A model generated the notes under the pieces. It was not told where the DNA came from, did no database searches, and was given only the letters and a program-made list of their open reading frames with translations. From an uncultured Gammaproteobacteria bacterium (GTDB lineage Bacteria > Pseudomonadota > Gammaproteobacteria > Magnimaribacterales > TMED112), in contig CAJWAI010000003.1 in the NCBI GenBank assembly GCA_913020145.1, forward strand, positions 1,243 to 65,242: DNA of 64,000 nucleotides. Direction: 5' to 3'. Positions within the stretch are counted from its first letter, which is position 1; every line of letters begins with the position of its first letter. Shown piece after piece: positions 8,674 to 16,338 of the stretch. The position numbers were made by a program, and so were the translations under genes.

Positions 8674-9612
8674 ATGTTTTCTAAGAAAATATTTAGTTCA
8701 GTTGCAATTATATTGTCTTTTATCTCATTGAGTTTCAACTCTATGGCGCAGATTTCTGATAATTTTATTCTTCTTTATGAGAGTTATAGCAAACTTAATC
8801 AAATAGAAGAAATAATTCAAAATTCAGATCAAAAGATCATGAGAAAATATGGAGTAAATCAAAAGTATGTGCAAGAACGAGAAATTAATCTTCAAGCAAC
8901 TAAACATTTCATTGGTTATCAAATAAAAAAATTCAACGATCAAAGATTAGTAGAGTTAAAATTTAGTAAGGATTCCATAGAAAAATTTTTCTTAGATAAT
9001 TCAATTCCCTTTTTAAGCTTTCAGGGTAAAGCCAAAATTTTTATAGGTGCTAATGATTCATTTTTTTCACAATCAAACTTATTTATTTATGAAAGCGAGG
9101 TTTTTCAAAATGAGCTAATTGATTCAAAACTACTGTCATCATTGAATCAAAATATAACTATAGATTATGAATTTTTGGATAATTATCCAGTTTCAAGTTA
9201 TGAGCAACAAGAATTACTACAGAGCATTGAAAGTTCAGAAGAAGGCGACTGGTTAGTATTGTTAATAGATAGATTTGACCTTGATAAATGGAGCATTCAA
9301 TTCCCTAAAACATCTACAATTTACCTTGAGGATGAGATTGAGTTTCAAAATTACCTCTTAGATCAAATTTTGGAAGAAGTTCTTATGATTACCAATGTTA
9401 TTTCTAAAAATAGCTATTCGGTAATATTTGATGCAGAACTTTCACTAGAGCAAATAACAGAACTAGTTGAGACATTATCATTAAGTACAGATATTTTGCA
9501 TTTTAGAGTAAAGAAAATATCTGCCGATGAGATAGAAATTGAATATGAAACCTACCTAGATAAAGATAAAGCTACTGCATTTTTCAAAGAATTAGGTGGA
9601 ACAACAATTTAA
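8674..9612 (+). CDS. Secreted hypothetical protein (DUF2066-like by synteny, divergent from purM and upstream of hda)
   Basis: Signal peptide. The position between purM and hda matches the conserved gammaproteobacterial arrangement. I recognise no motif. Confidence 0.4.
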   Translation: MFSKKIFSSVAIILSFISLSFNSMAQISDNFILLYESYSKLNQIEEIIQNSDQKIMRKYGVNQKYVQEREINLQATKHFIGYQIKKFNDQRLVELKFSKDSIEKFFLDNSIPFLSFQGKAKIFIGANDSFFSQSNLFIYESEVFQNELIDSKLLSSLNQNITIDYEFLDNYPVSSYEQQELLQSIESSEEGDWLVLLIDRFDLDKWSIQFPKTSTIYLEDEIEFQNYLLDQILEEVLMITNVISKNSYSVIFDAELSLEQITELVETLSLSTDILHFRVKKISADEIEIEYETYLDKDKATAFFKELGGTTI

Positions 9613-10319
9613 TGAAAAATATCACCAGAAAAAACCAGCTGTATTTTGACTTCGGCCGTGACTATGATGCAAGCTTAGAAAATTTCTTTTTTTCAAGTAA
9701 GAATCAAGTGCTAAAAAATGAATTAATTGAAACTCTAAACTTTGAGCAGAAAAAGGACATCTTTATTATGGGTGCCAACAACTCAGGCAAGACCTTTTTA
9801 TTAAATTCTCTTTTAAATCATGAGGAGAGCTTATCAAAGGCAAACATATATATAGATTTATCAGAACTTGATGGATCAAAAGATTATTTTACTGATCTTA
9901 ACCAGTTTGATCTAATTTGTTTAGATAATTTTGACAAAATTAATAAAAAAATAGAGGTACAGATATTTAATTTGATAAATGAATGTAGAACTACACCAAT
10001 CAACTTAATTTTTGCATCTAGTTTAAATCCTTCTGAGCTTTCTTTCATGCCTGATTTAATTTCACGGCTGAAGCAGATGAATTATTTCTACATTAATGAG
10101 ATTGAAGATCAAGAAGTTTTGGAGTGCATTATGTTTATAGCAAAAAAATTAAATCTCGATTTCTCTGAGGATGTAATGCGGTTTATTTCAAAACGAATAA
10201 GAAGAGATTTCTCTTCAATAAAAAATACAATTCAACAACTCGAAAAGTTTCTTTACTCAGAAAAAAAAGAGCCAACTAAAAAATCAGTTAGCTCTTTTTT
10301 TAAAGAATATAAGAGTTAG
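9612..10319 (+). CDS. hda: DnaA regulatory inactivator Hda (DnaA-related AAA+)
   Basis: 235 aa. N-terminal QLYFDF clamp-binding-like motif, Walker A GANNSGKTFLL, Walker B LICLDNFD, synteny. Confidence 0.75.
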   Translation: MKNITRKNQLYFDFGRDYDASLENFFFSSKNQVLKNELIETLNFEQKKDIFIMGANNSGKTFLLNSLLNHEESLSKANIYIDLSELDGSKDYFTDLNQFDLICLDNFDKINKKIEVQIFNLINECRTTPINLIFASSLNPSELSFMPDLISRLKQMNYFYINEIEDQEVLECIMFIAKKLNLDFSEDVMRFISKRIRRDFSSIKNTIQQLEKFLYSEKKEPTKKSVSSFFKEYKS

Positions 10320-12166
10320 TAGACTACTTCACATTCAATGCAGTAGATTCTTATATTTCTATATATATCTTCTGTATTAAAGTGATTATTTTTTTCTGTA
10401 TCAAATAAGCTCTTAATAAAATCAAATTGAAACATATAATTTGCAGGTGGTGCCGGAGGAATTACATGTTCAACTTTATAGTCTTCAAGCTCCGCACTTT
10501 CAGCTATATATTTAATAGCATCATCAAGTGTTCCTAGTTCATCTACAAGATTTATTTCAAGTGCCATTTCTCCAGAGTAGACTCTGCCTTTAGCTATTTC
10601 TCTTACTTTCTCAATTGGTATACCTCTATCATTGGCAACTTGTGATGTAAATTTATCGTATGTTGAATAAATTCCTGCTCTGACTAAATTTTCAAATTCT
10701 TCTGGCCAATCCATGGCAGTAAAATCAAAAGCACCATATTTTGTTGTGGAATATCCATCATAATTTATACCCATCCAATCATATATTTTTTCAAAACTGA
10801 ATAGAGTTCCATAAACACCGATTGATCCTGTAATAGTATCTGGTTCTGCATAAATCTTGTCAGCAAGAGAAGATATCCAATATCCACCAGAAGCAGCTAA
10901 TGTACCCATTGAGACGACGACAGGTATTCCTTTTTCTTGAGCTTTCTCAATTTCCCATCTCATATAATCAGAGTCAACGACAGAACCACCAGGAGAACTT
11001 ACCCTTAAGACTATCGCTTTAGTATCTTCATCCTCATGAGCCTCTTTAAGCATATCAACTATGCCATCTGATCCTGCTTGACCATAAACCACTGGGCCAC
11101 CCATAATCGTGCCTTCAACAGTTACTACCTTGATTACATTTTTGCTGCTTGACGGCATATCTTGTTCGATGCTTGCTAAGTAGTCGCGATAATAAACTGC
11201 ATTCAATGCTTCATTATTGTCTTCAGAAGTGCCAAACCTTTCTTTCATACGATCATCAAAATCATCTCTCTCTTCTATTACATCTACCATACCCCATGTC
11301 TTATAAGCTTCGAGTTGATCTACGGAACCATCGATGATCTGTTCAAAAGATTCATCAGCAATCCATTGCAAATCTACTTCTCTATTTTCATAGACAAAAT
11401 CTTTCCATTTTTTCCAGAGAGGCTCATAGAAAGCTAAATTTGCTTTAGCTTCATCACTCATTCTGTCACTAGTGTAAGGTTCTGGACCAGTTTTAAAATC
11501 ACCAGCTGCAAATATTCTTGGAGTTATTAAGAATTTTTCAAAGAAGTTTTTTAGATATTGTCTAGCTCCGCCAAAACCACTAATTGATATTGAGCTATAA
11601 GTTGGAACACTAATTTCAGTAGCTGTCGAAGCTAAAAGATAAGTTCCATCTGTTAAAAAATCACTTCTGACAACTATTTCTTTTCCTGCATCGACTGCTT
11701 CTTTCATTTTCTTAGCTATTGGTAAGGCATACACAATACTTACCCCCAAACCAGAAGGATCAAAAATCATAGCATCAACTCTCTCATCGTTCTTGAAATC
11801 GTCAAAGTATTCAAGCATATCTTGGTATGGGTAGTATATTGTTCCGTTCTGTGAAGGTATCACACCATCTAAATCTTCCCACCACTGTGCTGGAGGAGGA
11901 GTGGGCGGTTGGTCAACAATAACCCCTTGAGGGCTAAATACCACTACTTTTCCTGTAGGGTCAATTTCGTTTGATTCCTGCCATAAAGGGCTGATTAAGC
12001 TTAGAACTACACTTATTGCTATATATAAAAATATACCTGTAGCTAAAGTAAATCTGACCGCTTTCCAAAAGTAGTCTCTGCTTATAGCTATATAACCCCA
12101 AGTAGCAACAAAAAAATTGCTAACTTTAGATAGGAAACTCTCATTTGTTTTTTTCTTCTTTACCAT
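10316..12166 (-). CDS. sppA: Signal peptide peptidase SppA, 67K type
   Basis: 616 aa with two ClpP/crotonase-like halves. GGSVVDSDYMRWEI, MGTLAASGGYWIS. N-terminal TM segment. Confidence 0.9.
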   Translation of the reverse strand: MVKKKKTNESFLSKVSNFFVATWGYIAISRDYFWKAVRFTLATGIFLYIAISVVLSLISPLWQESNEIDPTGKVVVFSPQGVIVDQPPTPPPAQWWEDLDGVIPSQNGTIYYPYQDMLEYFDDFKNDERVDAMIFDPSGLGVSIVYALPIAKKMKEAVDAGKEIVVRSDFLTDGTYLLASTATEISVPTYSSISISGFGGARQYLKNFFEKFLITPRIFAAGDFKTGPEPYTSDRMSDEAKANLAFYEPLWKKWKDFVYENREVDLQWIADESFEQIIDGSVDQLEAYKTWGMVDVIEERDDFDDRMKERFGTSEDNNEALNAVYYRDYLASIEQDMPSSSKNVIKVVTVEGTIMGGPVVYGQAGSDGIVDMLKEAHEDEDTKAIVLRVSSPGGSVVDSDYMRWEIEKAQEKGIPVVVSMGTLAASGGYWISSLADKIYAEPDTITGSIGVYGTLFSFEKIYDWMGINYDGYSTTKYGAFDFTAMDWPEEFENLVRAGIYSTYDKFTSQVANDRGIPIEKVREIAKGRVYSGEMALEINLVDELGTLDDAIKYIAESAELEDYKVEHVIPPAPPANYMFQFDFIKSLFDTEKNNHFNTEDIYRNIRIYCIECEVVY

Positions 12167-12264
12167 AAATTACCTCTTTGAATTAGAAAGTACATAATGC
12201 CTTAAAAGAATATCTTCGGCAAATATAATTAGTTCATATATAATGTTTTTCTTATATTTTTAGC

Positions 12265-12744
12265 ATGAGAATTTTATTAGTCGCATTAACCATTTTTCTT
12301 ACTTCTTGTCAGGGCGAAGATTTAGAAAGTCAGAAAGGAGATTTAGAAAGTCAGAAATTAGATTTAGAAATTTCTCAGGGAGGGTTTTTATCATCTAAAG
12401 AGTTAAGTGATGAAGTTATTGTATTGAATATATGGGCAGACTGGTGTCCTCCATGCATTAAAGAGATGCCGTACTTCAATAAACTGGATAAACTTCCTGA
12501 AGTAACTGTGCTTGGTTTTCACTTCGATCAATTTGATTTACTCGATGAAGCAGAATTACTTGTTTTAATTGAAAAGCTTGGCATGGATTTTGCAAACTTA
12601 AAAACTGATCCTAGAGATATATGGGGCATAGATATTCCAGGACATGTGCCAACAATAATAATCATAAAAGACAATGTGGTAGTAAAAACCATGATTACTC
12701 CCCAGACTTATGAATCACTTCTAGAAGCTATAGAAGTTAGCTAA
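12265..12744 (+). CDS. TlpA/DsbE-like thioredoxin-fold lipoprotein
   Basis: Lipobox FLTSC and redox motif WADWCPPC. Confidence 0.75.
   Translation: MRILLVALTIFLTSCQGEDLESQKGDLESQKLDLEISQGGFLSSKELSDEVIVLNIWADWCPPCIKEMPYFNKLDKLPEVTVLGFHFDQFDLLDEAELLVLIEKLGMDFANLKTDPRDIWGIDIPGHVPTIIIIKDNVVVKTMITPQTYESLLEAIEVS
12316..12378 (+). repeat. 21-nt (7-aa) tandem repeat, about 3 copies, in the lipoprotein linker
   Basis: gaagatttagaaagtcagaaa / ggagatttagaaagtcagaaa / ttagatttagaaatttctcag, encoding EDLESQK-GDLESQK-LDLEISQ directly after the lipobox Cys. Confidence 0.85.
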
Positions 12745-13960
12745 TTACTTTTGATTTAACTTTACCTTTAGCAAACCTTGTTTCTAATACATCATCTTTC
12801 TTCAGTAGTTTTGCATCACTTGCAATCTTGCCATCATTTGTAAATGTTATTGAGTAACCACGACCAAGTATTTGCTCAGGGTTTATGACGCTTAGTTTTT
12901 CTTTTAAAACCTTAAATGCATTAACCTTTTTAGCTAATAAAGCTCCAATTTTGGCATTAATTTCAAGCAAATTTGAATCAAGTCTTAAATACTGTTCTTG
13001 AAGTCTTTGTTTTGGTGAACGTAAGAGCCTTTGAAGGGTCATAAGTTTTTCTGATATTTGATTTATTTTTTGTTTGACTTCTTTGATCAGAGATTGGTTT
13101 AAAAATTTAAAATATTCATTTAACTTGCTGGCTCCTTCACTCACAATCTCTGCAGCTGCTGTTGGCGTAGCCGCTCTGACGTTGGCAATGAAATCAGTCA
13201 AAGTAAAATCTGTTTCATGTCCAACACCGCTTATGACTGGAATATCATATTCAGCTAGGTATCTACAAAGCATTTCGTCATTGAAACTCCAAAGATCTTC
13301 AATTGAGCCACCACCTCGACAAAGAATAACTGCATCAACTGTATTTTTTTTATGGTATTTGCTAATTTTTTTAAGAGATTCTTGTATCGATTCAGCTGAA
13401 CCATCTCCTTGAACTTTAGTTGGAGCTATAAGAACTTCAACATGGGGCGATCTTCTTTGCAAAGTTGAAATTACATCTTTTATCGCAGCTCCATGCGCTG
13501 AAGTGACTACAGCTACTCTATTTATAATCTCAGGCACTTGATCTACATTCTTTTTTTCAAATAAACCCTCAGTGTTTAATTTATTCTTTAATTGTTCATA
13601 ACGACGCATTAATTCGCCAAAACCAGCAAGCTCCATTTTGCTAGCTATCATTTGATACCTACCTGTTTTTTTATAAATGGAAAGTTTGCCTTGCAGTATT
13701 ACTTGATCACCTTCTTTAGGCTTAAATCTTAAATTTATATTTTGGAGTCTAAACATAGTGCAGTTAAGAACAGAGTCAGGATCCTTTATTGAAAAGTACC
13801 AATGACCAGAAGTGCCATATTCACGAAAATTCGATATTTCTCCTGCAACCCATAGAGGAGGGAAGGCCTCATTAAGAAAATCATTGGCTGTTTGATTTAT
13901 TTCAGAAACAGAAAGAATTTCTCTTTGGTCTCCTATAGTTTGATCAGAGTAGTCTTCCAT
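12737..13960 (-). CDS. xseA: Exodeoxyribonuclease VII large subunit
   Basis: LSVSEINQTANDFLNEAFPPLWVAGEISNF, GHWYFSIKD, RGGGSIEDLWSFNDE. Confidence 0.95.
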   Translation of the reverse strand: MEDYSDQTIGDQREILSVSEINQTANDFLNEAFPPLWVAGEISNFREYGTSGHWYFSIKDPDSVLNCTMFRLQNINLRFKPKEGDQVILQGKLSIYKKTGRYQMIASKMELAGFGELMRRYEQLKNKLNTEGLFEKKNVDQVPEIINRVAVVTSAHGAAIKDVISTLQRRSPHVEVLIAPTKVQGDGSAESIQESLKKISKYHKKNTVDAVILCRGGGSIEDLWSFNDEMLCRYLAEYDIPVISGVGHETDFTLTDFIANVRAATPTAAAEIVSEGASKLNEYFKFLNQSLIKEVKQKINQISEKLMTLQRLLRSPKQRLQEQYLRLDSNLLEINAKIGALLAKKVNAFKVLKEKLSVINPEQILGRGYSITFTNDGKIASDAKLLKKDDVLETRFAKGKVKSKVIS

Positions 13961-13987
13961 ATAAAATTATTATATTCTATTCTCTTC

Positions 13988-14064
13988 GCGAGTTTAGCTC
14001 AGTTGGTTAGAGCACCTGCTTTACACGCAGGGGGTCGTAGGTTCGAATCCTACAACTCGCACCA
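13988..14064 (+). tRNA. tRNA-Val (anticodon TAC)
   Basis: Cloverleaf checked by hand. Acceptor GCGAGTT/AACTCGC, D stem GCTC/GAGC, anticodon stem CCTGC/GCAGG with loop TTTACAC, T stem GTAGG/CCTAC with TTCGAAT, encoded CCA. Confidence 0.95.
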
Positions 14065-14072
14065 TTTAGATC

Positions 14073-14510
14073 ATGAAAGAACATATAGAAAAAGCTTTAA
14101 CCTTTCATAGGGATAACAGCGGCACTGGAAAGATATTCCAATTTAAGCTTTTAGAATACAAGGAAGGATTTCTAAAGCTTGAAGCACAATTTCCCGATGA
14201 AACTTTAAATCCTGATGGATCTGTTCAAGGTGGCATGATGACTTCAATGTTAGATGATGTCACAGCCTTACTTTTAGTTATAGAATCAAAAGGAACAATA
14301 TATCCAAGCTCAGTTAACCTTCACTCTCATCATCATAGACCTTTATTTAAGAGCACAGTCACAGCAACAGCTAATTTACTTAAAAAAGGCAAAACTATTG
14401 CTACAGTACAAGGAAGCATTTTTGATAAAGATGACAAATTAGCCGCAACTCTTATGCATACTATTTTTATTTTTAATAGAACGGAAAGATTCAATAAAGA
14501 TAAATCTTAG
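14073..14510 (+). CDS. PaaI-family hotdog-fold thioesterase
   Basis: 145 aa. NPDGSVQGGMMTSMLDDV is the typical PaaI/YbgC-type motif. The ATG lies 8 nt after the tRNA-Val CCA. Confidence 0.75.
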   Translation: MKEHIEKALTFHRDNSGTGKIFQFKLLEYKEGFLKLEAQFPDETLNPDGSVQGGMMTSMLDDVTALLLVIESKGTIYPSSVNLHSHHHRPLFKSTVTATANLLKKGKTIATVQGSIFDKDDKLAATLMHTIFIFNRTERFNKDKS

Positions 14511-14893
14511 TTTTTCTGCAAATTGCTTATTAATTTGAAGCCAATTATTGCTGCAATAACTTCAACAATTAAATAGAAAATAAAAATAGGTGAAGGCATT
14601 CCATCAAGAATGAGACTTAAGGTCCTTCCAGAAGCTATGCCAGTCATAAAAATCGCTAAACTCCAAAGTGCTGGTAAACGTAATTTTTCGTACCGAGCAC
14701 CAATTACCCAAAAAATACATAAAGCAATATATAAACCCATTACTGCCCGAAGTATGTTGGAGAGATTTACGGTGTCGACTTCTATACCATAAAAATTTGG
14801 CATGCTAACAGCAGGATTGCCACCATAAAGTAATGAAACTGGAAACACACCAGCTGCAATAAACAGCAAAAAGAATGATTCCCTTTTCATCAT
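14507..14893 (-). CDS. Small integral membrane protein (4 predicted TM, DUF4345-like)
   Basis: 128 aa with four hydrophobic segments. The family call is tentative. Confidence 0.5.
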   Translation of the reverse strand: MMKRESFFLLFIAAGVFPVSLLYGGNPAVSMPNFYGIEVDTVNLSNILRAVMGLYIALCIFWVIGARYEKLRLPALWSLAIFMTGIASGRTLSLILDGMPSPIFIFYLIVEVIAAIIGFKLISNLQKN

Positions 14894-14904
14894 TAAATTT
14901 TAGC

Positions 14905-14935
14905 AAAAAAAAAGCCCGCTAATGCGGGCTTTTTA
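14905..14935 (-). terminator. Rho-independent terminator downstream of proteorhodopsin
   Basis: Minus strand AAAAAGCCCGC-ATTA-GCGGGCTTTTTTTTT, 16 nt after the proteorhodopsin stop. A-run and T-run on both sides make it potentially bidirectional. Confidence 0.85.
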
Positions 14936-14950
14936 ATAAAAGAAATTGAC

Positions 14951-15688
14951 TTAAGCTTTGCTTACGCCAGAGTCTCTCATAGCTGCATGCCAGATAACTA
15001 ATCCAAATAAGAATTTGTTAACAACATCAGCAAGGTTATATAGTGAGTTCAGGCCAGCAACTTCTGTTCCGTCTCCTGCAATGTAACCCATGTAGTAACC
15101 TATTGGATAGATAATCCAACCAACAGTTACAATCCATTTAATACCATTGAAAGCCATTGCTAGGTTTTCATTTTTAGCAGCTGCGGCAGCTTTTGCTGCA
15201 TCACCGGCCCAGATTAGCCAGATGACATAAGCCCATCCAACTATTCCTATTGCAAAACCGACTTCTGCGCTGTTTTCACCTAACATACCTGCTTCACCCA
15301 TGTATCCTCCAAGGAGCATAACAAGTGAACCTACAAGTAGCTTCCAAAATAAACTTAAACTCACAGCAGTTACTGCTGCAACTATTAAGTAAAATTCTAC
15401 AATCTGTAGAGGGACTGTAATAAGCCAATCTACATATCTAAGCTCAGTTGGTGAACTTGCGTTACCAGCTATGCTTGTGACTTCCCATACTTCTCTCATA
15501 TACATGTAGTGCCAAAAAGCAACAAAACATACGAGACATGCTACGGTAAGCGATGTTTGCCATTCTTTGTTGACTGTGCTTCTCTCCATAAAGAAGAACA
15601 AGCTACCCATCAACATGACGGCTGTGGCTACCCAAAAGGTAAAGCCAGTAAAGTCAGAACTTATGTCATACATAATTCTCTCTCCCAT
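14951..15688 (-). CDS. Proteorhodopsin, proton-pump type (DTE motif), Gln at the spectral tuning position (blue-absorbing type)
   Basis: FWHYMYMR, RYVDWLITVPLQIVEFYL (Asp acceptor, Thr, Glu donor; Q where green variants have L), GYMGEAG, Schiff-base Lys in YNLADVVNKFLFG. The real start is probably the second ATG at 15673, because the first five codons (ATGGGAGAGAGAATT) contain a GGAGAG SD for it. Confidence 0.95.
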   Translation of the reverse strand: MGERIMYDISSDFTGFTFWVATAVMLMGSLFFFMERSTVNKEWQTSLTVACLVCFVAFWHYMYMREVWEVTSIAGNASSPTELRYVDWLITVPLQIVEFYLIVAAVTAVSLSLFWKLLVGSLVMLLGGYMGEAGMLGENSAEVGFAIGIVGWAYVIWLIWAGDAAKAAAAAKNENLAMAFNGIKWIVTVGWIIYPIGYYMGYIAGDGTEVAGLNSLYNLADVVNKFLFGLVIWHAAMRDSGVSKA

Positions 15689-15710
15689 TAATTAATATTA
15701 ATTAGCCCAT

Positions 15711-15739
15711 ATTCTATTGCTCTAAAACATAAAATTCAA
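15711..15739 (-). promoter_or_regulatory. Putative sigma70 promoter of proteorhodopsin
   Basis: Minus strand TTGAAT (15739-15734), 17-nt spacer, TAGAAT (15716-11), about 25-40 nt upstream of the start codons. Confidence 0.5.
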
Positions 15740-15820
15740 CTTTAAATGAGAACCATTCTCAATAAATTAGAGAAAAAAAGTTGTATTAATTGAACATTTG
15801 TACCAAAATCTACAACTCGC

Positions 15821-15898
15821 GGTCCGGTAGTTCAGTTTGGTTAGAATGCCTGCCTGTCACGCAGGAGGTCGAGGGTTCGAGTCCCTTCCGGATCGCCA
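15821..15898 (+). tRNA. tRNA-Asp (anticodon GTC)
   Basis: Acceptor GGTCCGG/CCGGATC (one G-U), GTAGTTCAGTTTGGTTAGAAT D arm, anticodon stem CCTGC/GCAGG with loop CTGTCAC, T arm GAGGG-TTCGAGT-CCCTT, discriminator G, CCA. Confidence 0.95.
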
Positions 15899-15909
15899 AC
15901 TTTGGAAAG

Positions 15910-16338
15910 ATGTTTGTTGATATAGCTTTACAGACAATACTCGCAGCAATAGTGGGTGGGATTTGGCTTACACCTTTGGTAGTAAGTCCAGCCGCTCGAG
16001 CTAGTTTAGATGATGAATCATTAAGATTCTTTTTAAGAGCTTTCTTTTTTAGATTTCATTTATTTATTGTTCTAATGCTGCTCGCATATTTAAGTATTAT
16101 TTATTTCTTTCAATTAGGGGAGTATGAATTAATTTGGTCAAGCACAAAGAATTTTATGATGCTTGTGTTATTGGGCCTTAACTTTTTTAACTTAATTCTT
16201 GGCTTAACAATAAATAATGCAAAAGTTGATACAAATGGGGCATTTTTTAAGATAGTTCACGGCACAAGTGTTGCTATATTTACAGCAACATCTTTTATCT
16301 CTCTGTATTATTTGATTGAAAAATTTATTTCAACTTAA
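15910..16338 (+). CDS. Small integral membrane protein, first gene of the envelope-modification operon
   Basis: The ORF-track ORF 15790-16338 reads through tRNA-Asp. The plausible start is the ATG at 15910 (MFVDIALQTILAAIVGG...). About 142 aa with 4 hydrophobic segments. Its stop abuts the next start (16338/16339). Confidence 0.6.
   Translation: MFVDIALQTILAAIVGGIWLTPLVVSPAARASLDDESLRFFLRAFFFRFHLFIVLMLLAYLSIIYFFQLGEYELIWSSTKNFMMLVLLGLNFFNLILGLTINNAKVDTNGAFFKIVHGTSVAIFTATSFISLYYLIEKFIST

Noticed and set aside
13892-14110. 72-aa plus-strand ORF spanning the xseA start and tRNA-Val, together with ORFs 26584-26817 and 26672-26869 around tRNA-His
   Set aside because: They read through tRNA genes (LAQLVRAPALHAGGRRFES is tRNA-Val translated), so they are not coding.
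15759-15771. Small inverted repeat GAGAA-CCA-TTCTC upstream of the proteorhodopsin promoter as an operator
   Set aside because: It has only 5-bp arms in AT-rich DNA, which is expected by chance, and I know of no regulator that would bind it.
15790-15909. N-terminal 40 codons of ORF 15790-16338
   Set aside because: This part translates tRNA-Asp (GSSVWLECLPVTQEVEGSSPF). The CDS is trimmed to the ATG at 15910.
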